From Alphaproteobacteria bacterium (GTDB lineage: Bacteria; Pseudomonadota; Alphaproteobacteria; UBA7887): a stretch of 64,000 nucleotides of DNA. Of the stretch, positions 35,747 to 45,131 are shown in pieces; the stretch's first letter is position 1, and every line of letters begins with the position of its first letter. The translations under genes and the position numbers were made by a program. The stretch is from the NCBI GenBank assembly GCA_965216755.1, contig CBDCGL010000011.1, forward strand, positions 2,368,001 to 2,432,000. The letters are read 5' to 3'. A model generated the notes under the pieces. It had not been told where the DNA came from and did not search any database. It saw nothing but the letters and a program-made list of their open reading frames with translations.

Positions 35747-37774
35747 ATGGCCATAGGTGACTCCGCCCCGGTGACCGAAGACGCAGCGGCGGACGGGCCA
35801 ATTCGGCTGGAACCGAAAGGCCGATTGCCCGACCTGGATCAGCCGGACGCCTTGGGCTTTGCCATCAAGACCACGACAGAAACGCAGCGGTCAAAATTCG
35901 CACTGGTTTGCGATATGTGGGGCTTGCCGCGGGTGCGCCGTATCAACCGCGCGCACAATCTCGATCACCCGAACCTTCTCAAATTTGAGGGCGCGAGTGT
36001 GGTCACGCTGCCCGGCAGCGGCGGGCGTCGTTTCGCCCTGTTGTATCAGCGGCCAAAGGGGAAGCGGCTGGCCCTTCCCGAGAAGGGAGTCACGACGCGG
36101 CTTGACCCAACCGAAATCATCGACGATGTGATTCTCCCGGTCGCGCGGGCCCTCGGCGCGCTGCACAAGACAGGCGTTGTGCACGGTGCGGTGCGTCCTG
36201 AAAACATGTACTACCAAACCAGCCAAGGCCGCGGCGTGATCCTGGGCGATTGGCTGACTGCGCCACCCGGGCGCTATCAAACAGCGGCGGCCGTCCCAAT
36301 TGAGATGACAACCGCCGACGCCCCGGCCCGTGGCGCGGGCGGTCCGGCAGTCGATTACTACGCGCTCGGCGTTGCGGCCATGACGCTATATTTGGGCCAA
36401 GATCCTGGGCGCGGGCGAGCGCCACAAGAGCTACTGGAAGCAAAACTCGCGCGCGGATCATTCGCCGCCCTCGCCGACCATGACAAGATCCCGCGCTCGT
36501 TGGCGGCCTACCTCGAAGGGCTATTGGCGGACGATCCGAAAATGCGCTGGGAAGAAAGTGCGGTCCAGCGCGGCCAAGGCATCGCCACATTGCCCCCCAG
36601 TGGTAGCCGCGTGGTCTATCCCGCGCAGCGACCGTTCAGTTTCGCCGGCGCAAACTTTGATAACCGCCAAAAACTTGCGCACGCTTTTGCCGAGAACAAT
36701 TCGGATGCCGCTACGGAAATTCGCTCGGGCAGCGTTGCCGAATGGCTGCGCTCCGTGCTCGGCGATCGCAAGGCTGCCGAGCAGCTGGACGACGCGAGCT
36801 TTACCAACGAGCCGCGTGAATTGCGGCGCACCGCCGAACCTGAGGTCCTCGTGGCCCGCGCAATTCAGATCTTGGACCCGAAGGGCCCGATTCGTTTTCG
36901 CGGTTTGAGTCTTACCTTGGACGGCATCGGCCCGGCGCTCGCCGACGCCGTTTCACGCGAGGACAATGCCACGGCAGAGCATATCGTCGCGATGCTGGCG
37001 CGGGGCATCCATATTGCGTGGATGGACCGCAATGCCGAGGACCTGACGCGCTTTGACAAGCAGCGATTGTACTGGAAGGCGGTACAATCGAACGCCCTAC
37101 GCACCGAGCCCGGTTTTGGTATCGAACGCTGTTTGTACGATATGAACCCGACGTTATCGTGTCGCACACCAATTCTTGCCGAGCAATACATTAACAATGT
37201 GAGTGAACTGATTCCCGCATTGGAACTCCTTTATGCGGGTGGCAGCAACGCGAGCGATCCGGTCGATCGCCATTTCGCCGGATTTGTCGCCTGTCGGCTT
37301 AAGTTAGCGACAAGTTCCGACCTGTCCGACCTACAACAAAACAGCCTGCAACCAGCCCGCCGGCAATGCGCCGTTCTAAATCTCCTAGCTACGCTGCATG
37401 CCGACTTCGGCAGCCCCAAAGTGCCCAATTTGGCGAAATATGTCGCGGATCATCTGTCTGATGCGCTGGACGAATTCCATAACCGCGCCATACGGCAGGA
37501 CCTCACCGACCGGGTCAAACGCGCCGCCAAAGCCGGCAATTTGACGTTAATGGCGCGCATTTTGAATGATAAGAGTTTGCGCACCGCCGATAGTCGCGCG
37601 TTTAGACGCGCGCGCGTGCAATACGCGGCCAACAAGAACCGTCTCGACCAGTTGCGCGACCGCGGCGCCATTTACCTTGCCGCCATTCGCGCCATGGGCT
37701 ATCGCCTGTCGGAAATCATGGCTTTGAGCGTGCTTGGCGTCGCGGTCGCGCTGGCTATCGTGTCACATAGCTAA
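35747..37774 (+). CDS. Protein-kinase-fold protein (probable pseudokinase) with a C-terminal membrane anchor
   Basis: LDHPNLLK, LHKTGVVHGAVRPEN, DYYALGV and LLADDPKMRW subdomain echoes; hydrophobic C-terminus. Confidence 0.7.
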   Translation: MAIGDSAPVTEDAAADGPIRLEPKGRLPDLDQPDALGFAIKTTTETQRSKFALVCDMWGLPRVRRINRAHNLDHPNLLKFEGASVVTLPGSGGRRFALLYQRPKGKRLALPEKGVTTRLDPTEIIDDVILPVARALGALHKTGVVHGAVRPENMYYQTSQGRGVILGDWLTAPPGRYQTAAAVPIEMTTADAPARGAGGPAVDYYALGVAAMTLYLGQDPGRGRAPQELLEAKLARGSFAALADHDKIPRSLAAYLEGLLADDPKMRWEESAVQRGQGIATLPPSGSRVVYPAQRPFSFAGANFDNRQKLAHAFAENNSDAATEIRSGSVAEWLRSVLGDRKAAEQLDDASFTNEPRELRRTAEPEVLVARAIQILDPKGPIRFRGLSLTLDGIGPALADAVSREDNATAEHIVAMLARGIHIAWMDRNAEDLTRFDKQRLYWKAVQSNALRTEPGFGIERCLYDMNPTLSCRTPILAEQYINNVSELIPALELLYAGGSNASDPVDRHFAGFVACRLKLATSSDLSDLQQNSLQPARRQCAVLNLLATLHADFGSPKVPNLAKYVADHLSDALDEFHNRAIRQDLTDRVKRAAKAGNLTLMARILNDKSLRTADSRAFRRARVQYAANKNRLDQLRDRGAIYLAAIRAMGYRLSEIMALSVLGVAVALAIVSHS

Positions 37775-37969
37775 GCGTGACATGTCTGCGATCTGGCTGC
37801 GCGTTCAACCAGCATGTCGTGAAATTTCTCGAAAAATTGCACATAGCAATATTTGAGTAAGCACCTTGCCCTATTTTTTTTCAGGGTGCCCGTTTGGGCA
37901 TCCTGAAAGCGCGCGGGTGACAAGCGAGGCTGCCAGCCCCGCCCCAACGTCATTGATGGCCCTTTGACG

Positions 37970-38506
37970 ATGAGCACAGAGAAAAAGATCGACCAGTCAG
38001 AACAGTCGGTCACCAAGTTGTACGGCACGCTCGCGTTGGGCTTAACACTCATTGCCCTTGCGGCCCTGATGCTGGTCGTCATGGCGCCGGCCTTGTGCAT
38101 CATCGGCTCAATCGGGATGTTTCCAACATTGGCCGCGGCAGTCATAGACGATAGCCCCGGAATGCGACAGACCCGCATCGTGGCGATCATGAATCTGGCC
38201 GGAACGATTCCGGTGATCGCCATGTCTTGGGAACACAGCCGGTCGCTGTCCAGCGCGTTGGAGATCATGACCGATCCGTTGGTTTGGTTGATGATGTACG
38301 GGGCGGCCGCAGGCGGTTGGGCGCTTCTGCGCATCGCGCCATGGTTCGCGGAAATCATTGTCAATATGCGGGTTGCCAACGATATTCGGCTACTCGAACA
38401 GGAACAAAAAAAGCTGGTTAGCGAATGGGGACGCCACGTCACAAGCACCGCGCTCAATCATCCGGCCGATGCAATTGTGCCAAGCGACGACGGCGCCAGC
38501 GAATAG
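37970..38506 (+). CDS. Hypothetical multi-pass membrane protein
   Basis: About 4 hydrophobic segments; C-terminal EQEQKKLVSEWG. Confidence 0.7.
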   Translation: MSTEKKIDQSEQSVTKLYGTLALGLTLIALAALMLVVMAPALCIIGSIGMFPTLAAAVIDDSPGMRQTRIVAIMNLAGTIPVIAMSWEHSRSLSSALEIMTDPLVWLMMYGAAAGGWALLRIAPWFAEIIVNMRVANDIRLLEQEQKKLVSEWGRHVTSTALNHPADAIVPSDDGASE

Positions 38507-38596
38507 AGCGAAATCCGGCCATGGCGTACCGGCCCTGCCGGCGACCGTAGTCGCACCGCCGACAGCACGACCCCCGATCACCTAAAGATCAAACGA

Positions 38597-39520
38597 CTAC
38601 GGCCGATCAGCGAACGCCGCGGCGTCAGCGCGGCGTGCCGCGGCATCGGCCTCGATTTCCGTCGTCCGCGCCTGCATGGCCAGTTGCACTTTCTCGAAGG
38701 CCCGCACTTCCACTTGACGCACACGTTCACGGCTGATGCCGTAGTGCTGGCTCAATTCCTCAAGCGTCGATGGGTCTTCCTGCAGCCGGCGCGCCGACAA
38801 AATATGGCGTTCGCGCTCATTTAGATCTTCCATGGCTTCAACCAGCAGCACGCGACGTTGCTCGAGCTGTTCGACCTCGGCGTAACGGACTTCCTGGTCA
38901 ATGCCCGGATCAACCAACCAATCTTGCCATTCGCCATCGCCATCCACACGCAACGGCGCATTCAATGAATGGTCAGGCGCGGCCATGCGGCGGTTCATCG
39001 AGATGACTTCGTCCTCGGAAACGCCAAGGCGATCGGCGATCTCTCGCACAGTTTCCGGCGTCATGTCACCTTCGTCGATCGCCTGCAGTTGACCTTTCAG
39101 TTTGCGCAGATTGAAAAACAACTTCTTTTGCGCCGCCGTCGTGCCCATTTTGACCAGCGACCACGAGTGGAGAATGTATTCCTGAATGGCAGCGCGGATC
39201 CACCACATGGCATAGGTCGCGAGCCGGAAACCACGGTCCGGATCGAAGCGCCTGACCGCCTGCATCATGCCGACATTGCCTTCCGAAATCAGTTCGCTTA
39301 CCGGCATGCCATAACCCCGATAGCCCATGGCGATCTTGGCGACCAGACGCAAATGGCTGGTGACCAAACGATGGGCGGCGTCGGAGTCTTCGTGCTCGGC
39401 CCAGCGTTTCGCCAGCATGTATTCTTCCTCGGCGCTCAGCATTGGGAAGCGTCGGATCTGCTCGAGATATCCCGACAGACCGCCTTCGGAAGAAATCGTC
39501 GGAAATTTGGAAGATCTCAT
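38597..39520 (-). CDS. rpoH: RNA polymerase sigma-32 factor RpoH
   Basis: RpoH box KMGTTAAQKKLFFNLR; SHLRLV and SRERVRQ motifs. Confidence 0.97.
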   Translation of the reverse strand: MRSSKFPTISSEGGLSGYLEQIRRFPMLSAEEEYMLAKRWAEHEDSDAAHRLVTSHLRLVAKIAMGYRGYGMPVSELISEGNVGMMQAVRRFDPDRGFRLATYAMWWIRAAIQEYILHSWSLVKMGTTAAQKKLFFNLRKLKGQLQAIDEGDMTPETVREIADRLGVSEDEVISMNRRMAAPDHSLNAPLRVDGDGEWQDWLVDPGIDQEVRYAEVEQLEQRRVLLVEAMEDLNERERHILSARRLQEDPSTLEELSQHYGISRERVRQVEVRAFEKVQLAMQARTTEIEADAAARRADAAAFADRP

Positions 39521-39660
39521 AATGTGGCTCCGGCCATGTGATCAGTAATATCACGCGAATTCAGTCGACGCTGAGAGAACAACGCCATGTCGTAGAATTC
39601 ATCTTGGCCATAGTTCTTCGTCGATAATGTGAGCGAACTTGGACAATAATGTGGCGGGCT

Positions 39661-40626
39661 TCACGAGTTCTCGATCGAGTTTATTAACTTATTGATATCG
39701 TGTGGCGTTTCTGATTCAAACTGTAACCAAGTCTTACAGATTGGGTGCTCAAATCCCAACAAATAAGCGTGAAGAGCCTGCCTCGACAGGTTGAAGAGCG
39801 GTTGTCCCTGGCGATCGCGCCCCGTGCCGCGCCTCTTGCTGCCATAGACCGGGTCGCCGATCACGGGGTGGCCGATCGATGCCAAATGGACGCGAATCTG
39901 GTGGGTGCGACCGGTCCCCAAATGGCAATTGACGATGCTGGCAATACCGTTTGCCAGCACACGTGTCAGAGCATAGGTCGTCCGCGCGGGCTTGCCGCCG
40001 GACTGGCTAACCGCCATGCGCTTGCGGTTGGTCTTGCTGCGCCCAATCGGCTTGTCAATCACGCCACGGGCCGGCGCCGGCACGCCGTGGACGACGGCAC
40101 GATAGGCGCGTTCGATGCTATGCGCAGCGAATTGCGCGGCCAAACCCTGATGCGCGCGATCGGTTTTGGCAGCGATCATGACACCACTTGTGTCCTTGTC
40201 GAGCCGATGGACAATCCCCGGGCGGCGAACGCCGCCGATACCAGACAAAGCGTCACCGCAATGGGCAAGCAGTGCGTTAACCAGCGTGCGATCTGGATTG
40301 CCCGGCGCCGGATGGACCACCATCCCAGCCGGTTTCTCGATGACAATCAGATCCGGATCCTCATACAGTATGGCCAACGACAGCGCTTCAGGCTGCGGTA
40401 TGGGATCGCGCGCCGGCGGCACCGTCACCGCGATCCGCGCGCCAGCCCTGGGCCGATATGAAGCATCCCTACGGGGCACGCCGTCGACCGTGACGGCACC
40501 ATCGGCAATCAAGACTTGAAGACGGGTCCTGGACAGTGCCGCTAGGGATGCGGCCAATATGCGGTCCAAGCGGCCACCGGCATCGCCCGCGGCAACCGTC
40601 ATCGTGTAGCGACTCGCGGTCACCAT
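39661..40626 (-). CDS. rluD: RluA-family pseudouridine synthase RluD
   Basis: S4 domain, KPAGMVVHP, HRLDKDTSG and TGRTHQIRVH motifs. Confidence 0.93.
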   Translation of the reverse strand: MVTASRYTMTVAAGDAGGRLDRILAASLAALSRTRLQVLIADGAVTVDGVPRRDASYRPRAGARIAVTVPPARDPIPQPEALSLAILYEDPDLIVIEKPAGMVVHPAPGNPDRTLVNALLAHCGDALSGIGGVRRPGIVHRLDKDTSGVMIAAKTDRAHQGLAAQFAAHSIERAYRAVVHGVPAPARGVIDKPIGRSKTNRKRMAVSQSGGKPARTTYALTRVLANGIASIVNCHLGTGRTHQIRVHLASIGHPVIGDPVYGSKRRGTGRDRQGQPLFNLSRQALHAYLLGFEHPICKTWLQFESETPHDINKLINSIENS

Positions 40627-40659
40627 GCGCGGCCAAAACAAATTTGACACGGAGCTGCC

Positions 40660-40968
40660 ATGAACATTCGGGCGCTCAAGATCCTAGTCAGTGTCATGGG
40701 CGTGATGATCATCGTGGGCGTCGTTGTGATCCTGGTCACGATCGTCAATAGAATCCAAGCCAAGGTTACCGTAGCCAAAGACACGCCGGCGGCGGTCTTT
40801 GGCTCCATCGACGTACCGGTCCCGGCCGGCACGCGCCTTCTTGGCGCCTCGGGCGACGGCGAGACACTGCTGCTGCAAGTTGAAGACACGGCAGGGCAAC
40901 GCGTCATCGTCATCGATCTCGGCACCGGCAGCGCGCGCGGCGCCGTGCGATTGGTTCCGATGCCATGA
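40660..40968 (+). CDS. Small membrane-anchored hypothetical protein
   Basis: N-terminal TM helix LKILVSVMGVMIIVGVVVILVTIV; divergent from rluD. Confidence 0.7.
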   Translation: MNIRALKILVSVMGVMIIVGVVVILVTIVNRIQAKVTVAKDTPAAVFGSIDVPVPAGTRLLGASGDGETLLLQVEDTAGQRVIVIDLGTGSARGAVRLVPMP

Positions 40969-41462
40969 TCAGCGCTACAGCCGCGGCGACGGTCATGATC
41001 GACGGTGCGATGCTGCACGCCATCGTCGAGCAAGCTGAAAACGCCTATCCAAACGAATGTTGCGGTCTGTTGGTCGGCCGTCAAGAGACCCCACCCCTAT
41101 GGCGCATCACGGCGCTGCATCCAAGCCCGAACCTGGCGACGCAACCACGCAAACGCTTCGAAGTGGACCCAGCATTGCGCCTGTCATTACAAAAACAAAC
41201 ACGTGCCGGCCCGGATCAGGTGATCGGCTTGTATCATTCGCATCCTGACAGTCCGGCACAACCGTCGGAAGCCGATCTGGCTATGGCCTGGGAGCCGGCT
41301 TTGCTGTGGCTGATTACCGCGGTGGCCGATGGTCAAGCGATCCACACCACGGCCCATCGGTTGATCAAAGAAGGCCGCCAATTCGCGCAGCTGTACCTTG
41401 TCACCAGCGACTGGAAACCGTATGCACGACGAACGCCGATAACCGGCGAAGGCTTGCCGTAG
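40965..41462 (+). CDS. JAB/M67 family metallopeptidase
   Basis: YPNECCGLL and the JAMM motif YHSHP..PSEAD. Confidence 0.9.
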   Translation: MISATAAATVMIDGAMLHAIVEQAENAYPNECCGLLVGRQETPPLWRITALHPSPNLATQPRKRFEVDPALRLSLQKQTRAGPDQVIGLYHSHPDSPAQPSEADLAMAWEPALLWLITAVADGQAIHTTAHRLIKEGRQFAQLYLVTSDWKPYARRTPITGEGLP

Positions 41463-41471
41463 GGATCAGGT

Positions 41472-42527
41472 ATGATCAATTTCCGCAGCGACAACGAGGC
41501 GCCTGTGGCGCCGGAAATCTTCGACGCCTTAACGCGCGCGAACGCGGGCACGGCCCCCGCCTATGGCGCCGACGCCGTGACCGCGCGCCTGGACGCGCAG
41601 TTCAGCGAGCTGTTCGAGACCGAGGTGACCGTGTTTCCCGTTGCCACCGGGACCGCCGCCAACGCCCTGTCGATCGCCCAGCTGTGTCCGCCCTACGGCG
41701 CCGTCTATTGCCATGCCGGCGCGCATATTCACGTCGATGAGTGTGGCGCGCCGGAGTTTTTCAGCGGCGGTGCCAAGCTAATGCCGTTGGCCAGCGCCGA
41801 CGGCAAGATGCCTGTGGCGGCCCTGCGCGATGCCTTGGACAGCTTTGGCGCCCATGGCGACCACGAGTCGCTGCCGGCGGTGTTGAGCCTCACCCAAGCG
41901 ACCGAGGCCGGCACGGTCTATAGCCTGGATCATGTCCGCGATCTGACCGCGTTGGCGCGGCGTCACCGCATGAACGTGCATATGGATGGCGCGCGCTTCG
42001 CCAATGCGCTGGTTCATTTGAAATGCGCGCCGGCGGACGTGACCTGGCGCGCCGGCGTCGATGTGCTGTCATTTGGGGCGACCAAAAACGGCGCCATGGC
42101 GGCGGAGGCGGTGGTGGTGTTTCGCCCCGAGCTGGTCGACGGCTTGGGTCGCCAGCGCATGCGCGGCGGTCATTTGTTCAGCAAGATGCGCTATTTGTCG
42201 GCCCAGCTTGAGGCCTATATCGCGGACGGGGTGTGGTTGGGGTTGGCGGCGCAGGCCAACCGCTCGGCATCGCGGTTGGCCGAGGGGATTTCGGCGTTGC
42301 CCGGCTGCCGACTGGTCAACCCACCGGCGGCCAATGAAGTGTTTGCGGTGCTGCCGGCGGTCGTACGCGACGGACTTGCGGCGGACGGATTTGCCTTTCA
42401 TCCATGGGCCGGCGAGCCCGGCACCGTGCGGCTGATCTGTTCTTACGCGACGACCGACGACCAAATTGATGAATTCTTGGCCCGGGCCCGGCACCATGTG
42501 AGCGCGCCCGTGCGCACGTCAGGTTGA
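41472..42527 (+). CDS. ltaE: Low-specificity L-threonine aldolase
   Basis: FRSDN, GTAANAL, HMDGARFANA and SFGATKNG motifs. Confidence 0.92.
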   Translation: MINFRSDNEAPVAPEIFDALTRANAGTAPAYGADAVTARLDAQFSELFETEVTVFPVATGTAANALSIAQLCPPYGAVYCHAGAHIHVDECGAPEFFSGGAKLMPLASADGKMPVAALRDALDSFGAHGDHESLPAVLSLTQATEAGTVYSLDHVRDLTALARRHRMNVHMDGARFANALVHLKCAPADVTWRAGVDVLSFGATKNGAMAAEAVVVFRPELVDGLGRQRMRGGHLFSKMRYLSAQLEAYIADGVWLGLAAQANRSASRLAEGISALPGCRLVNPPAANEVFAVLPAVVRDGLAADGFAFHPWAGEPGTVRLICSYATTDDQIDEFLARARHHVSAPVRTSG

Positions 42528-42863
42528 AGAGGCTTCCGAGGCTTCGGTTTCGCGCTCCTGTGCCGCCGGTGTCTCAGTGACCAAGCGGCCTTTCTGGACA
42601 ATACCGGTGGCCTGGGCCGACATGTTTTTGCCACGTATGACCCTGACCGGCCGGGCGACACCACTTTTTCGAATGGCTTCGGCGGCAGATGTCGCCTGGA
42701 CCGGTACCGCGTTGGCGTCGTCGACGAAAACGAAATAGCGCACGTCATAGGTTTTTTCCGCCCACTCGCGCGCCGGAAAATCGACGTCGCGGAAACCGAC
42801 GCCGCGGCCGGCGCTGCGGCCGACCTTGCCCATGATGCTGATAGTTCGTTCGCCGTCGTTCAC
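42519..42863 (-). CDS. Hypothetical protein
   Basis: 114-aa ORF, GTG start preceded by AGGAG. Confidence 0.5.
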   Translation of the reverse strand: MNDGERTISIMGKVGRSAGRGVGFRDVDFPAREWAEKTYDVRYFVFVDDANAVPVQATSAAEAIRKSGVARPVRVIRGKNMSAQATGIVQKGRLVTETPAAQERETEASEASST

Positions 42864-42991
42864 GACAGGGCTCCTGCATTCTCTACAAAGATATAGCGCT
42901 GGCGGCGCACGTTGCTCGCTGGGGACGCATGGTATGTCGACGAATCCCCTTGAAGCCGCCGGCCCATACGCTTATCAATTTGGGGTGGCCC

Positions 42992-43067
42992 GTCCCCATC
43001 GTCTAGCGGCCTAGGACATCGCCCTCTCACGGCGAAAACGGGGGTTCGATTCCCCCTGGGGACGCCA
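42992..43067 (+). tRNA. tRNA-Glu (anticodon CTC)
   Basis: 76-nt cloverleaf GTCCCCA...TGGGGAC-G-CCA; anticodon arm TCGCC-CT-CTC-AC-GGCGA; GGTTCGATTCC T-arm. Confidence 0.97.
43051..43067 (+). repeat. attL core (tRNA 3' end)
   Basis: TCCCCCTGGGGACGCCA, identical to 57531-57547. Confidence 0.93.
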
Positions 43068-43085
43068 ATTTTCTAAAGCGTTATA

Positions 43086-43098
43086 AATCAACGATTTA
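43086..43098 (+). promoter_or_regulatory. IHF-binding consensus next to attL
   Basis: AATCAACGATTTA matches WATCAANNNNTTR. Confidence 0.55.
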
Positions 43099-43127
43099 GA
43101 AACCAGTTTCCTGCCAAAATCCCTCTT

Positions 43128-43153
43128 AGTCTGTGCTCCGAGTCTGTGCTCCG
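43128..43153 (+). repeat. Integrase arm-type site (13-bp tandem)
   Basis: AGTCTGTGCTCCG twice; 23 bp identical to 57444-57466. Confidence 0.8.
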
Positions 43154-43176
43154 AGAGCACTGCACAGAAGGGAGTT

Positions 43177-44691
43177 TTGGCCATCACCCAATATCTGAGT
43201 CGGCGGAACGGCGGCGGCTACTTCTATCAGCGTCGAGTGCCGAAGGACCTGCGGTATCGCCGTGACGTGTTCAAAAGCCAATTCATTGAAGTCTACTTAG
43301 GCACCTCAGACAGGGCCGTGGCCAAGCGCAAGGTGTCCGCCATCAATGAGCAGTGGGAACGGACGTTCGACGCCATGCGGCGCGGTGATGCGATCACGGC
43401 GGAAACGATAGAACGGATCAGGTTGGCCGCCCAACTCAGAGCGTACAAGGCGATGGTGGCCGATCCTATCGACGGCCCAGGCCGGATAGCCGACGACCTT
43501 GAGCGGTTCTTGCCCGATATTGAAGCCGACACGAAACGGTACCTGGTACGTGCCGGGCTCGACCCGAACGACGAACGCAATAAGGCCGCCGCCATGCGGG
43601 CGATCTATATCGGCACCATGAACGCACAGGTGTTTTTCGAGAAGGGAGTCGAGCCGCCACCGGTTCCGGCGTATGACCCGTTGGTGTTCGATACCCCGCC
43701 CGACGGCCTCACCATCATGGAAGCGGCGGAGGCATACGAGAAGGCGGCGGACGTTGCCACGTCGGAGAAGACGCGCAAACAGTTGAAACAGTCGGCTCGG
43801 CTGTTTGCCGATCACTGCGGCAAGGACAAGCCGGTGGCGGCGATCACCGGACGAAACGCGGTGGCGTTCCTCGATAGGCTGGCGAAGATCAATCCCGATT
43901 ACCGACGTGATCCCAAGTCGGCTGAATTGACGCTAACGCAGCTTGAGGAGTCGTATCCCGCTGTAGACGGAAAGGGATTGTCCGCCGCGACCTTGAACCG
44001 TCACGCCATGAACATGCGCGTGCTGATCAACTGGCTGATCCGCCGCCACGAATTACCCGAGGAGCACCGAAACCCGTTCGACCGAAAGTCGCGGAAGGTG
44101 AAGGCGGACGGATATGAGCCCATGTCCGACATCGAGATTGCCACGCTGCTACATGGTGAACCGCTGGCCCGTTCCTTTGGTCGAAATTTTGGAGAATGCA
44201 TCGGCTGGCTGGTTGCGCTCGGAGCCTACACCGGGGCCAGGGCTGGCGAGTTGTGCGCGCTGACCAAAGACGACGTGCGCAAGAAGGACGGCGTTCACTA
44301 TCTGGCGATCTGCCAGGGCAAAACCGAGGCTGCCGCGCGCGTCATTCCGATACACCCGGAGTTGGTCAAGGCGGGATTCATCGAATACGTCAAGACGTGC
44401 CAAGACTCGTTGTTCGGTATCACCGGGAAATATCTCGCGAAACGATTCCCAGACTACCGCCGAAAGCATGGTGTGGACCGACCCGGCCTAGTGTTTCATT
44501 CGTTGCGCAAGTCCTTCGTCACGTCCTTCGAAGAAGCCGAGGTGCCCAGCGATACCGTTGCGCTCCTGGTAGGCCACAAGTCCGGGCGATCCTTCACCTT
44601 CTCGGTGTACTCCCCGCATGGGCCGACGCTTAAGAAGCTGGCGGCTGCCGTGGACAAGATCATCTACAAGACCGTGAAGCTGGCGCGATAG
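43177..44691 (+). CDS. Tyrosine recombinase/integrase with a DUF6538-like N-terminus
   Basis: YFYQRRVPKDL N-terminus; catalytic R (TGARAGE), K (GKT), HxxR (FHSLR), GH and Y (VYS). Confidence 0.93.
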   Translation: MAITQYLSRRNGGGYFYQRRVPKDLRYRRDVFKSQFIEVYLGTSDRAVAKRKVSAINEQWERTFDAMRRGDAITAETIERIRLAAQLRAYKAMVADPIDGPGRIADDLERFLPDIEADTKRYLVRAGLDPNDERNKAAAMRAIYIGTMNAQVFFEKGVEPPPVPAYDPLVFDTPPDGLTIMEAAEAYEKAADVATSEKTRKQLKQSARLFADHCGKDKPVAAITGRNAVAFLDRLAKINPDYRRDPKSAELTLTQLEESYPAVDGKGLSAATLNRHAMNMRVLINWLIRRHELPEEHRNPFDRKSRKVKADGYEPMSDIEIATLLHGEPLARSFGRNFGECIGWLVALGAYTGARAGELCALTKDDVRKKDGVHYLAICQGKTEAAARVIPIHPELVKAGFIEYVKTCQDSLFGITGKYLAKRFPDYRRKHGVDRPGLVFHSLRKSFVTSFEEAEVPSDTVALLVGHKSGRSFTFSVYSPHGPTLKKLAAAVDKIIYKTVKLAR

Positions 44692-44865
44692 GTCGCCCAA
44701 CCAAGCGGACCTCCGCCCCACCGCCGCCGTGGTCATAGGTTTAATCATGTATTTCAGTTAGTTACGGCGAAAGTTACTCGAAAACACCCCGTAACCCACT
44801 GAAATCAATAGAGAAGCCCTTGACCAGAACGGCGGTCTAAGTCATTGTTTTTATTGATATTTTAC

Positions 44866-44894
44866 TTGACACCTGGCCTGGCTTGTGGTATGGT
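44866..44894 (+). promoter_or_regulatory. Strong sigma70 promoter
   Basis: TTGACA-17 bp-TATGGT with extended -10 TG and an AT-rich upstream tract. Confidence 0.75.
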
Positions 44895-44911
44895 TCGCGT
44901 ATCATTGGAAT

Positions 44912-44986
44912 CCCGATGTAGCTCAGTTGGCAGAGCACTCCCGTTCGGGGGAGAGGCCGGAGGTTCGAAACCTCCCATCGGTATCA
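44912..44986 (+). ncRNA. tRNA-like RNA / pseudo-tRNA with a 6-nt anticodon loop
   Basis: CCCGATG-TA-GCTC AGTTGGCA GAGC-A-CTCCC GTTCGG GGGAG-AGGCC-GGAGG TTCGAAA CCTCC-CATCGGT-A-TCA. Confidence 0.8.
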
Positions 44987-45131
44987 GCCTTCAATTGATG
45001 TAGCCACGGCTGAACGCTGAACAGCGTCACAGATACGGGCTGCGGATGAAGCGCATCTTGCGCCAGATATCTGCGGCCCGTTTTGCATTTGGCCGCCTCC
45101 ATTTCTGGCGCGCAGACATGGAGGAAGAACG

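Noticed and set aside
40965-41462. JAB protein as part of a CBASS or ubiquitin-like defence system
   Set aside because: Sits among core genes with no cyclase, E1/E2 or Ubl neighbours
44912-44986. Functional tRNA-Pro(CGG) or tRNA-Glu(TTC)
   Set aside because: The anticodon loop is 6 nt, the 1:72 pair is mismatched and there is no CCA, so no anticodon can be assigned; reported as tRNA-like instead
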